DNA from: Planctomycetota bacterium
Lineage (GTDB): Bacteria; Planctomycetota; JAJSAM01; JAJVHW01
DNA: 64,000 bases
Direction of reading: 5' to 3'
Assembly (NCBI GenBank): GCA_965248445.1
Contig: CBDFJG010000004.1
Span: forward strand, 128,001-192,000
Under the pieces are notes generated by a model. That model was not told the origin of the DNA. It did no database searches and worked only from the letters and a program-made list of their open reading frames with translations. A program made the position numbers and the translations under genes. Numbering within the stretch: the first letter of the stretch is position 1; each line of letters begins with the position of its first letter. Shown here piece after piece: positions 1-9,160 of the stretch.

Positions 1-1602
1 GCCTCCTTCAAGCTGAGCGATCGACCGCACATCGACACACAACATGCGGTGGGCCCAGTGATCCTCGAATACCCGGTGCATCGCGCGCTTCATGCGCGCT
101 CCCAGCCAGAGCAGCGCGACGAGCGCTCCGAGCACCAGGTACACCGCGGCCCAGCCATCGATCACCAGCGGGCGCGTGCGCCGGACGATGTCGTCCAGGA
201 AATCGATCGGGCTCACCCACTCCGCCGCGGTCCACGCTGCGGCCACAGGCCCGGCCAGCGGAGAGCGCGACCCCTCGGTTTCCAGTCCGTCCGGCGTGAG
301 AATCAGTGCGATCACGACTGCAGCAACGAGGAGCAGGACCGCCCAATACACCGCGCGGTAGGCGCACCGCTGTCTCGTCACGCGGCGCAGCGGCGGGTCC
401 GTGTCCTCGTCGGAGGACTCGATCTGTGCGACCAGGTGATGCACGTCGTCGCTGACCGGTGGATCGTGCGGCGTCGACACGACGGTGCACTTCTCGGGGA
501 GATTGCCGGGCGCGTAGGCGCCCATGCTCCCGACGATCCGGTCCACGACCGAGCGGTGGATGCACACCTCGCCGGCGCCGGACTCCTGGCGGAGAGCCGC
601 GACATCGCGCGGGCGCCAGCGATAGAACTGGGAGACCCCTCCGCGCGAATCGTACAGACGATCCTGCACGTCCCACGTGTCCCGCGCGCGCGTGAGCGCG
701 CCGTCACGCAGGGACAGGCCGCAAAACTTCGCCCGGTCCATCATCCAGACCAGTGACGGCGCCGCAAGGCCCTGCCGCGGGTATCCGCCACCGACATTCG
801 AGTGCGCGCCTGCGAACCAGACCTGCTCACAGTGCGGCGAGCCGTCCCCGGGCGTCTTCCACACCTTCGGCCGGAAGCTCGCGCGCTCCTCGTCCAGAGC
901 CAGCGCCTGGAACGAGTGATTGACGTGCGGCGAGAGTTTGTGGTCGTGGAACTCGACATAGAGAACCTGGTCGACGGCCCAGCGCATCGCGTCGAACGGG
1001 CCGCCGAGAGCACTCACCGTGTCCCACACCCCGAGGCACTCGATGGTGCCGGAATGCGCGCGGTCTCGCCGGAATGCGAACGCGTGCGACTCCTTCTCCG
1101 CGCGCAGCGGCCGCAGCGTGCGATCGAACCAGCCCCGTTTCAGCGCGGCGACCTGCTTGACTCGGCGCTTGGTGATGTGGTCGCGCCGATACGCCGCGAA
1201 CGCCTCGTTCGCGGCACGACCGACCGGATCGTCGGACAGCTCTTTGTAGTCCTGCCAGCGCGCCACGCCGCAGAGCCCGATGAGCCCCGACAACGAGCGC
1301 ACCGTGAACGCGCCGCGGCTGAACCCGAACAGGAAGATGCGATCGTCCTTTTCATAGTGGCGCACCAGGAACTCGTAGAGGTCGCGGATGTTCTTGTTCA
1401 GACCGAATCCGAACGCGCCGCCGAGAAGCTGCCTCGGCCGGAGCTTCGACGTGCCGACGCCGTCGTCGTAGGCGGCGATCTGCGTCACGCCCGCTCCATC
1501 GTCGCCGGGGAGAATCTCCTGATACAGGCGCCAGACGTTCGTCGGCCGGCCCACGCCGCCCTGGTTCCACGTCCCGTCCGAACAGAGGATGATGTTCTTC
1601 AC
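1..1602 (-). CDS. DUF2235 (Tle1-like) alpha/beta hydrolase / phospholipase with C-terminal TM helices; 3' end runs off window
   Basis: Absent from the ORF track because there is no stop in the window. Manual translation from GTG 1602: MKNIILCSDGTWN...YDDGVGT...IFLFGFSRGAFTVRSL...LGVWDTV...ALALDEER...QVWFAGAHSNVGGGY. Start overlaps the upstream TGA (GTGA). Confidence 0.9.
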   Translation of the reverse strand, partial: MKNIILCSDGTWNQGGVGRPTNVWRLYQEILPGDDGAGVTQIAAYDDGVGTSKLRPRQLLGGAFGFGLNKNIRDLYEFLVRHYEKDDRIFLFGFSRGAFTVRSLSGLIGLCGVARWQDYKELSDDPVGRAANEAFAAYRRDHITKRRVKQVAALKRGWFDRTLRPLRAEKESHAFAFRRDRAHSGTIECLGVWDTVSALGGPFDAMRWAVDQVLYVEFHDHKLSPHVNHSFQALALDEERASFRPKVWKTPGDGSPHCEQVWFAGAHSNVGGGYPRQGLAAPSLVWMMDRAKFCGLSLRDGALTRARDTWDVQDRLYDSRGGVSQFYRWRPRDVAALRQESGAGEVCIHRSVVDRIVGSMGAYAPGNLPEKCTVVSTPHDPPVSDDVHHLVAQIESSDEDTDPPLRRVTRQRCAYRAVYWAVLLLVAAVVIALILTPDGLETEGSRSPLAGPVAAAWTAAEWVSPIDFLDDIVRRTRPLVIDGWAAVYLVLGALVALLWLGARMKRAMHRVFEDHWAHRMLCVDVRSIAQLEGG

Positions 1603-3647
1603 GGCGTCCCGCCTGGGGCGCGGAACGGCTGGGACTCCGACAGCCTTTCGGTTTCTCCGCTCACGACGATCTTGTACTCCGTTCCAGCTGACGCTGCTTG
1701 AGGGAACCCCCAAGCAACCGTCCACTGCTGCTTGCCGCCCGAACACCCGGTCATCGCCACCGCCAGCGACGGTCCGGCGTCCGTCTCCAGCAACCGCCAC
1801 GCTCCCCCCGACACGCGAGAGTGGACCGCGGCAGCGGGCGCGGCCACGACACGTCCGTCCGCGTCCTGCGGCGAGATCACGAAGGTGTGCAGCCTCACGG
1901 CCCGTGGCCGGACGGCACCGACCAGTTCAACGAGTTCGTCGACTCCGTCCGGGGTCCCCGGGGCATCGCAGGCGTTCGACGACTTGAACCGGCGTCGGAG
2001 GAGTCCCGGGGAGTGTCCGAAGCGAAGCGCCTCCCCTGTGCCGGCGGTACCGTCGCGCAGGTCGCGCGCCAGCGCGTGGTACCGCCACGCGAGCCACCGG
2101 CTGCTGTCGCGGCCGTAGAGCGTCGACGCGCCCTCGTAGTGCTGGTGGTCGTACTCCTCGGGAGTCGCGAAGTAGGACAGGTATTCGTTCGCCAGGCCGA
2201 CGGGCCAGACGTCCGCCTCGGCGACGCCGAGGCCCTGCGCGACGGCACGCCGCACGCGCAACCCCGTGACCGTCGTCGCCTCGCCGGGGATGCTGACGAG
2301 CACCAGCCCGCCCAGGTCGTGGATGGCGAGCGGGACTTGTTCCGGCGGACCGGCGAGCGCGTCCACGATCACACTGAGCGGCTTGAGACACCGCCACCAC
2401 GACAGGCACAGATCCGCGGCGGGGAGCTTCGGGTACTGCGTCGGAGGCGACGGCCCCGTCATCCCCTCGAAACGCTCATCCGGCCACTTCGACGTGCGGC
2501 CGTCCTCCGCTCCGCCCTCGGCCGACGCGCCGATCATGACGTACGCCCCCGTGCGCCCCGGCTGTCCGGTCTCGTCGGTGAAGACACGGCCTTCGATCCG
2601 CTCGTAGCGCAACGCAGCCCGAACGGTAGACACGGTTCGCGTCCGCCCAGCCGACGCGAGGCCCGAGACGTGCACACCGAGCTCTTTGCCCAGCCGCACC
2701 GTCTCGTAGGCAGTCTGATCCTCCCATGCTGCCGAGACGTCGCCCTCCGCGCCGTTGAACAGCGCGACGACGGGCGGCTCGGGAGCGCTCGCCGCGAGAA
2801 GGAACTCGGCGTGATGCGCGGCCACGCCGAACAGCGCAGGTGTGTACACGGTTCCGCTCGGACCGATCGACGTCGGGTGCGCGGCCGCGAACGCGGCTAC
2901 CGCGAGCACGCGGCCGTCGGCGGCCCGTGCGGTGAGCACCCGCACCAGCGGATCGACCGCCTTGTAGGCGCGCGGGTCGGGGAACTCGGAGGACAGCGGG
3001 CCCACCGGCATGCGCGGGTTCCCGGCGATGATCTCCACGGCCTCCTCATTGGCATCGAACGGGGGCATGCTGCGGTTTCGGAACACGAGCGGCAGCTTGC
3101 TCTGCGACGTCCTCAGCTCTGCGGGCTCGGACACCAGGACGGCGTCGAGCACGGCGCGGGCAATGCGCTCGGCGAGGAAGTCGAAGAGCGCTCGGTCGAA
3201 CCCAGGCTGGACTCCAGCGAGCAGGTTGTACCCGGCGCTGCTCGAGTAGTTCGCGGGGCTGTGATGTGTGTGAGACGCCGCGACGACGATGCGCGCGCTG
3301 CCCAGGTGACGTCCGTGCGCGTCGAGCGTGACGAGCTCGGCGACGCGGTCCCGCAGACCCGCAGGAACTGCCCACAGGTCCGTCGCCACGAGTACGAGCG
3401 CCGTACCGTCAGGGGCCTCGACGTAGACCGCACGCGCGAACAGGCGGCCCCAGTGTCCGCGAGACACTTGCCCGGCTGTGGAGAAGCCCCCCATCGGAAT
3501 GCCCGGGAGCGGCGTGATGTCGACGCGCGCGGCTCCGGCGTGCAGCTGGCCACGGCCCGGCCACGCGACCGGCGCCGGAACTTCGCCGCGGATGCACGTG
3601 CACGCCGGGAGCAGCGCGGCCATCACGACGAAGGCCCACCGCGTCAC
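1599..3647 (-). CDS. Neutral/alkaline ceramidase family protein, probable lipoprotein
   Basis: GAARVDITP, RLFARA, AASHTHHSP, NGAEGDVS, PGEATT, GLANEYLSYFATPEEYDHQHYEGASTLYG motifs; N-terminal LPAC lipobox. Confidence 0.9.
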   Translation of the reverse strand: MTRWAFVVMAALLPACTCIRGEVPAPVAWPGRGQLHAGAARVDITPLPGIPMGGFSTAGQVSRGHWGRLFARAVYVEAPDGTALVLVATDLWAVPAGLRDRVAELVTLDAHGRHLGSARIVVAASHTHHSPANYSSSAGYNLLAGVQPGFDRALFDFLAERIARAVLDAVLVSEPAELRTSQSKLPLVFRNRSMPPFDANEEAVEIIAGNPRMPVGPLSSEFPDPRAYKAVDPLVRVLTARAADGRVLAVAAFAAAHPTSIGPSGTVYTPALFGVAAHHAEFLLAASAPEPPVVALFNGAEGDVSAAWEDQTAYETVRLGKELGVHVSGLASAGRTRTVSTVRAALRYERIEGRVFTDETGQPGRTGAYVMIGASAEGGAEDGRTSKWPDERFEGMTGPSPPTQYPKLPAADLCLSWWRCLKPLSVIVDALAGPPEQVPLAIHDLGGLVLVSIPGEATTVTGLRVRRAVAQGLGVAEADVWPVGLANEYLSYFATPEEYDHQHYEGASTLYGRDSSRWLAWRYHALARDLRDGTAGTGEALRFGHSPGLLRRRFKSSNACDAPGTPDGVDELVELVGAVRPRAVRLHTFVISPQDADGRVVAAPAAAVHSRVSGGAWRLLETDAGPSLAVAMTGCSGGKQQWTVAWGFPQAASAGTEYKIVVSGETERLSESQPFRAPGGTP

Positions 3648-6600
3648 TCAGCGGTCCTCCGCACGCATGGGCAGCGGTACGTGTTGCACGCGCGGGTGAC
3701 GGCCGGGCCGGACCTCCACGACCACGAAGCCGCGGTGTTTGTCCTGCACGTCCCCCAGCGAGTTCAGACGGGCAAGGCGGATCTCGTCGGTCGCGGGGTG
3801 CGCAACCTCCTCCCACCACGGCGGCTGCCCGCCGCTCGACACGCGGAAGAACCGGTTCCACGGCGCGCCGCTCGGGAACGACTCGTCCACCGGCTGCCCG
3901 TGGAACGGATCGCCGTTCTTGCTCCAGCGCCCGCGGGCATAGACGTCGTTGTGCCCCTCGAACACGCGGAATGCGTAGTTGCCGGCCGGGTCGCCGGTAC
4001 CTGTCGAGATCGCGTGATCTCGCACCGCGGCGAGCAGTTCACGGGCGCCGCTCGCGTGGCCGTCCTTCTCGTTGAAGAGCTGCCACTCCATCAGTTCGCC
4101 GCGCTCGAAGAACTTGCTGCGCAGGAGGAGATGGATGCCCGGCGTCACTCCCGGCCAGATCAGACCGACCGTCGGTGCGTGCCCCAGCCCGGCGTACCCG
4201 CCGGACCACGTCTGCCAGAACGCCTCGACCTGGTCGTAGCGGCCCCAGTCGCGATCCCGCCCTTCGAGCTTGTCGCCGACCGTGTCGCTCTCCCTGGGAT
4301 ACGCACCGCGCGGATCGTGGTGCAGGAAGAGGGTCGTTCCCCGCATCGCCGACGACGAACCGTCCACCGCCTCGCGGATCGCCGCGCCGCTGTCCATGGC
4401 GGCACGGGCCCACAGCACGTCGTTCGACTCGACGCCGCCGCCGCCGTAGAAGACGGCCGGACCGAAGCCGTCCCGTGTGGTCCACGGGTGCGCGTACGTG
4501 TTCAGTCCCACGAACTGGTGTCCGCGGTACGAGAACGAGAAGTTGAGCGGCCCCAGGTGACTCTGCCACTCGAGGAGCCCGTCGTAGACCGGCCAGAGGA
4601 GGGGGTTGTAGTACTCCTCCGCGCGCTCCTCGATGGGCACGCCGGGACGCACCCATGCGCGTGTCGGCGCCGGGGGCGCGAAGATCGTGGGCAGCCACTC
4701 GTAGAACGTGCGCTCGAACCAGTCGAGTCCCGTCACGCCGTCGATCAGGCGGCCGATGAACGCGATGAATGCCGCGGGCGTCCCGGCTGTCTGCACGTAC
4801 CCGTCGTGGTTCCCGGGCACCGCGAACACGGGCTTCCTGATCTTCGCGAACTGCGACTTGATCGACAGGAACTCACCGCGATCCTCGATCTCGGCCCGGT
4901 CGGGAGAGAACAGATCGCACAAGAGGCCGTTGCCCAGGTCCCACGGACGCTTGTTCGGGCGCGTGTACGGGGAGCTCGCCCCGGACAGTCCCAGCGCGGA
5001 GGAGATGAAGTTCGCGGGATTGCTGCCGGCGCGCCCGTCGGCCACGTCCCCCGCGAGCACGACGAACTTCGCCCGATCCACCAGCGCGCGAAGTTGCTCG
5101 CAGCGAGTCGTGCCCGAGACGTGGGACCACGGGTCGTCCGCCGCGTCGTCGTAGGCCTTCTCGAGGGTCGGATCGAGCATCCGCGCGAAGTCGTTGAGCG
5201 CGCGCGGGTCGCGCGAGAACTGCAGGTCTGCGCCGACGACGTATACGAAGCCGCCGTCCCCGCTCTCCTCGCGCAGCAGACCGCAGACGCGACCCTGACC
5301 GACGTCCGGCGGACGGAGCGGGGCGATGTCTCGACGGGCTCCGAGGACCGCCAGCTGCCGCGTTCCGGGCCGTGCGGCACCCCGGTTCGTCTGGGGCGTC
5401 GAGAAGCGCGCGTCGTCGAACGCGACCGGGCACGCATTCGCCCGTGCGCTCCAGACCGTTCGTAGTGCATCGCCCAGCCGCGCCACGGCGCCGAGACTGT
5501 CCGAGTCGAGCCGCACCCATCCGTCGCGCACCACGGAGCAGTGGGCGATTTCGTCAGCCAGGTCATCGAAGGCGTCGGACACCCGCTCGAGCAGGTCCCG
5601 CCGGTACGGCAGCTGATACCACGTCTCGACGGCATCCGCGGCGCGGCGCATCCACGCGGCCGCGGCGTCGCGTTGCTCGACCACCTCGGGGGCGCCGGCA
5701 CCGGCCGCTGCGGTGATGTACACCGAAGCGTCGTCGAGACGGCCCTCGGCGAGGTACTGCGCGAACAGCGCGAGAGTGTCCGGAGGGTCGTACCCGACTC
5801 CTGAGTCGTCGAGCACGCGCACGCGCGGGACGATACGGACGTCGTAGAACCCCTCCTCCACCTCGCGGCGGCTCACCTCGTCGTAGCGTGACGCGTCCGC
5901 GTCGGCCGGCACGAGCACCGAGCCGCCGGGGAGGTCTCCGGCGTAGCTCGCAGGCACGCCGCAGTGCAGCATCACGAACGAGTAGACGCGGTTGACCTCC
6001 GGGTTGGCGAGCGTCAGCTCCGTGGCCTCGTCCGTCAGCGACTGCACGCTCACCGCACCGAGATCCGCTGCCTCTTCGGTCCTCGTGAACGCATCGCCTC
6101 CGCCGGCTGAACGGCGCCCGAAGTAGTTGCCGTTCGTCACCGGAACGGCCGGTTCAGGAAACGCGAGCTCCGGCTCCCCGTCCGCGCGGCGGCTCTGCAC
6201 AAAGAATGCGAGGCGCGCTGTCAGGAACTTGGCGCGGTGTTTCGGGTGGAACTCCTCGATCAGCGAGTGCCCGTCGCCCAGTCCGGACCGCCGCGACGCG
6301 CCCTTCGACAGCGGCCCCGTCCACGGCCGCCCCTCTCGCGACGACTCGGTCCGGATGCGGTCCAGTTCCCGCCACGCCGCGTCCACATCCGTCAGTTGGT
6401 CGTCCGCGAGCAGGTACGGATCCTGCAAGACCACGGGGGTGACCCACGCGATCTGTGTCGCGTCGTCGAGCGCCGCCCACGGGGGGATGCCGCCGCCAGT
6501 CAGTCCTCCGGGCGTCGGCACTGCGTTCCCATCCCACGCCGACGCCGACACGAGCGCGGGCGAGAACAGCCGCGGATATGCCTGCGGTGCCGGTTCGTCG

Positions 6601-6866
6601 CGGTGTGTGAACGGGGAGAGCCGCTGCTTGAGATACAGCGGCTCGTTGGCGAGCGTCACGTACGCATCGACCGACGTGCGGCCGGCCGACGAGTACTCGG
6701 CGGTGCGGCGCTCGGCCCGGCGGCCGATGTGTCTGAGCACAGCGTCGGCCGGACCCTGCATGTCGGGGTACGGACGAGCGTCGCCACCGGTCGCGCAAGC
6801 GGCCGTCGTGAGCGCCGCGAGAGCGCCCGTTGCCAGCGCAGCCCACGCGCGGCACCCACGGCCCAT
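3648..6866 (-). CDS. Large lipoprotein with C-terminal calcineurin-like metallophosphoesterase domain
   Basis: ADLQ / AGDVADG / PGNHDG / FLHHDP / EGHND metal-binding motif series; TAAC lipobox; GGGAGG upstream of ATG 6866. Confidence 0.75.
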   Translation of the reverse strand: MGRGCRAWAALATGALAALTTAACATGGDARPYPDMQGPADAVLRHIGRRAERRTAEYSSAGRTSVDAYVTLANEPLYLKQRLSPFTHRDEPAPQAYPRLFSPALVSASAWDGNAVPTPGGLTGGGIPPWAALDDATQIAWVTPVVLQDPYLLADDQLTDVDAAWRELDRIRTESSREGRPWTGPLSKGASRRSGLGDGHSLIEEFHPKHRAKFLTARLAFFVQSRRADGEPELAFPEPAVPVTNGNYFGRRSAGGGDAFTRTEEAADLGAVSVQSLTDEATELTLANPEVNRVYSFVMLHCGVPASYAGDLPGGSVLVPADADASRYDEVSRREVEEGFYDVRIVPRVRVLDDSGVGYDPPDTLALFAQYLAEGRLDDASVYITAAAGAGAPEVVEQRDAAAAWMRRAADAVETWYQLPYRRDLLERVSDAFDDLADEIAHCSVVRDGWVRLDSDSLGAVARLGDALRTVWSARANACPVAFDDARFSTPQTNRGAARPGTRQLAVLGARRDIAPLRPPDVGQGRVCGLLREESGDGGFVYVVGADLQFSRDPRALNDFARMLDPTLEKAYDDAADDPWSHVSGTTRCEQLRALVDRAKFVVLAGDVADGRAGSNPANFISSALGLSGASSPYTRPNKRPWDLGNGLLCDLFSPDRAEIEDRGEFLSIKSQFAKIRKPVFAVPGNHDGYVQTAGTPAAFIAFIGRLIDGVTGLDWFERTFYEWLPTIFAPPAPTRAWVRPGVPIEERAEEYYNPLLWPVYDGLLEWQSHLGPLNFSFSYRGHQFVGLNTYAHPWTTRDGFGPAVFYGGGGVESNDVLWARAAMDSGAAIREAVDGSSSAMRGTTLFLHHDPRGAYPRESDTVGDKLEGRDRDWGRYDQVEAFWQTWSGGYAGLGHAPTVGLIWPGVTPGIHLLLRSKFFERGELMEWQLFNEKDGHASGARELLAAVRDHAISTGTGDPAGNYAFRVFEGHNDVYARGRWSKNGDPFHGQPVDESFPSGAPWNRFFRVSSGGQPPWWEEVAHPATDEIRLARLNSLGDVQDKHRGFVVVEVRPGRHPRVQHVPLPMRAEDR

Positions 6867-6949
6867 CGAGTTCCCTCCCCCGACTTCTATACCCCGCCGT
6901 GAGCCGGGGATCAACGCCCAGAGTGAATCGAGAAGGCCCGGGTTGATTC

Positions 6950-6981
6950 AAAACGGCCCGGAGCCGTGTGGCTCCGGGCCG
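6950..6981 (-). terminator. Rho-independent terminator downstream of the thioredoxin-like selenoprotein gene
   Basis: 12-bp perfect stem CGGCCCGGAGCC / GGCTCCGGGCCG, 4-nt loop, followed by TTTT on the minus strand. Confidence 0.8.
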
Positions 6982-7004
6982 CCGTTGCTCGCAAGCGGGA
7001 GGAG

Positions 7005-7937
7005 TTACTCGGCGGCCTCGGCCTTCTTCTCCTTGAGCAGCGCGAACAGCTCGGTGAGGCGCCCCTCGAGGTCCGTCTTCCTCAAGGCGGTCTTGAGCGA
7101 CGACAGGAGCTTGTTCGCCTTGGCGAACTCCTCGTTCCCGATCATCTCCTCGGCGTTGTCGAGTTCCTCGCCGGCCTTCTCGAGAAGCGTCGCCTTGTGG
7201 GCGTCGATCATCTCGACGATCTTGTCGCCCTTCTTGAGGAGCTTCTTCGAGTCCTTGTTGAACTGGAGCAGCGCCTTGGCGATGCCCTTGTCTTTCATGA
7301 CTTCGGCGGCCTTGATCTTCGCGTCCTTGAGGGTGCTCAGATGTTTGCGGGACAGGCCCTTGCCGTGCTTCTTCTCCAGCTCCTCACGCATCTTCGTGAC
7401 GAGCTCGATCATCTTCTTGACCGGCTGGCTACCGCCCAAGCCACGCATCTGCTTCAGCGTGTGGGGATCGACGATCGCAGTGTAGGGGATGGACTGCGTC
7501 TCGTTATAGGACGGCGCCTTGGACTTACGGAGCGCGTAGATGTCCTCGACCGTCAGCCCGGGGAACTCGACCAGGTACTTGACCGGCTCGCCGTTCTCGT
7601 CGACCGCATCGTACTGAGCGGCCTTCTTGTCCTTCGCGTCAAGGCCCTTCTTGAGTTCCTGGAGGGACATCACCTCGACGGTGTTCTCGTTGGCGAAGTC
7701 GATGTACTTGTCGTTTTGCAGCACAGAACTGTGCATGCCCCAGCAGGGGTTTCAATAGAAGCCGTGGACGTGCACCACCATGGGTACGTTCAGCATCTTG
7801 GCTTCTTCGACGGCCGCGTCCCACGACTTGGCGTAGGTGACCGACGGCTTGATCTTGTGCTTCTTTTCCTTGGCCTGCACCACGCCGCCGGTGGCGACGA
7901 GGAGCGCGGCGAGCACGAGTGTGGTGCGTCCGAGCAT
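7005..7937 (-). CDS. Exported thioredoxin-fold selenoprotein (UxxC, Sec at residue 62) with Lys-rich helical C-terminal domain, 310 aa
   Basis: ORFs 7752-7937 and 7005-7736 are in the same frame and joined by TGA-AAC-CCC-TGC-TGG-GGC (HGFY-U-NPC-WGMH). Trx-like context WDAAVEEAK...PMVVHV, cis-Pro-like SIPYT, signal peptide, AGGAG RBS, downstream hairpin. Confidence 0.85.
7718..7738 (-). promoter_or_regulatory. Putative bacterial SECIS element
   Basis: mRNA GCA-U-GCACA-GUUC-UGUGC-UGC: stem with 5' bulged U and G-initiated tetraloop, starting 14 nt after the UGA at 7752-7754. Confidence 0.7.
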
Positions 7938-8168
7938 GTTGTTCTCCTGCCGATCGCGCGGGCCGCGATCCTGACTGCTGGGTCTTCTGTCGAGTGAGTC
8001 CCGTCCCTCGCCGGGCCGCCCCCGTCATCAAGTGGGGGGGCGCTCCGATTCGTGGCTAGGACGCCTGAGGCCGGGGCAGAGTTCCCCTGGGCTCCCCGCG
8101 AGTGTACCGCACGCCCGATCCGCCCCTGAGAGGCGGTCGGCGGCCTCGGATCGGGACCGGATGCAGCC

Positions 8169-9158
8169 TCACGGGCGCCGCAGGTCGTGAGCGGAGCCCT
8201 CCTCGTTGCGGTCAGTCGCCGGGGCGGGCGCGGGGGAGAGTGCCGAGAGCCTTGCACGGTCCTCGGTGGACAGCCGGATCTCCGCGGCCCCGAGGAGATC
8301 GTCGAGCTGGGCGACGCTGCGGGCCCCGAGCAGCGGTGCCGTGACCGCCGGGTGGCTCGCGACCCACGCCACCGCGAGCGCCGCCGGATGCTGCCCCATC
8401 TCGCGCGCGGCTGCTGCGAACGCGCGCGCGCTGCTGGCATACACATCTCCACCGTAACGCGTCTTGTACATCGCGTTCGTGGCGAGCCGGCCGACCGCCT
8501 CCCCGTCGCCCGAGTACTTCCCGCTGAGGTAGCCACCGCCGAGCGGACTGTACGGGAACACGCCGAGCTGCTCTGCCGACGCCATCGGCAGGATCTCGGA
8601 CTCCGCCTGCCGCTTCAGCAGGTTGTACATCGGCTGGATCGCGGCGACCGGGAGGTAGTCGCGCAGCGCCGCGAGACCGAGCGCTTTCGACGTCTGCCAT
8701 GCACTGAAGTTGCTGACGGCGGGATAGAGGATCTTGCCGCTGCGCACGAGGTCCTCGACTGCGCGGAGCGTCTCCTCGAGGTCAGTCACGTCGTCCCAGC
8801 GGTGCAGGTAGAAGATGTCGATTCGGTCGGTGCGCAGCCGCGCAAGGCTCGCGTCCACCGCGCGCGTGAGGTGATACAGGCTGCTCCCGCGATCGCTCGG
8901 GCCGGGACCCGTCGGGAAGTACGCCTTGGTCGCCAGCACGATCTCGTCGCGGCAGCCGCGGACGAGGTCGCCCAGGATCTCCTCCGAGCGGCCCTTGTTG
9001 TAGATGTCGGCCGTGTCGAAGTGGTTGATGCCCGCCTCGCGACACCGCGCGAACAAGCGGGCGGACTCGTCGACGTCGGCGTCTCCGCCGAACGACATCG
9101 TCCCGAACGCGAGCCGTGAGACGCGCACGCCGGTCCGCCCAAGCGGAACGGTGTCCAT
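8169..9158 (-). CDS. Aldo/keto reductase
   Basis: LGRTGVRVSRLAFGTM, GINHFDTADIY, SLARLRTDRIDIFYLH, QPMYNLL, PYSPLGGG. Confidence 0.95.
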   Translation of the reverse strand: MDTVPLGRTGVRVSRLAFGTMSFGGDADVDESARLFARCREAGINHFDTADIYNKGRSEEILGDLVRGCRDEIVLATKAYFPTGPGPSDRGSSLYHLTRAVDASLARLRTDRIDIFYLHRWDDVTDLEETLRAVEDLVRSGKILYPAVSNFSAWQTSKALGLAALRDYLPVAAIQPMYNLLKRQAESEILPMASAEQLGVFPYSPLGGGYLSGKYSGDGEAVGRLATNAMYKTRYGGDVYASSARAFAAAAREMGQHPAALAVAWVASHPAVTAPLLGARSVAQLDDLLGAAEIRLSTEDRARLSALSPAPAPATDRNEEGSAHDLRRP

Positions 9159-9160
9159 GA

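Noticed and set aside
1..1602. DUF2235 gene as a T6SS Tle1 effector
   Set aside because: No vgrG/PAAR/immunity genes on the visible side, and the context is lipid hydrolases. The downstream side is outside the window, so this is not fully excluded.
1698..5465. 1255-aa plus-strand ORF and other long shadow ORFs (e.g. 21358-24516, 26587-28890, 53257-55335, N-terminal half of 9417-13115)
   Set aside because: Antisense or alternate-frame shadows of well-supported genes in high-GC DNA; Arg/Pro/Gly-rich with no motifs.
6924..6950. TGAATC-N15-GATTCA inverted repeat upstream of the lipid-hydrolase operon
   Set aside because: Only 6-bp arms and it overlaps the terminator tail; it could be an operator but a single instance does not support that.
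7752..7754. Genome-wide TGA reassignment (Trp or Gly) as the explanation for the in-frame TGAs
   Set aside because: TGA ends many intact genes here, including GTGA/ATGA overlaps, and Trp is encoded by TGG next to both sites. Read-through is implied only at CxxC positions.
8112..8160. CTCTCAGG-containing hairpin resembling part of a glycine riboswitch
   Set aside because: The other conserved elements (GGAGA, CCGAAG) are not in the right arrangement; more likely a 3' hairpin of the aldo/keto reductase transcript.
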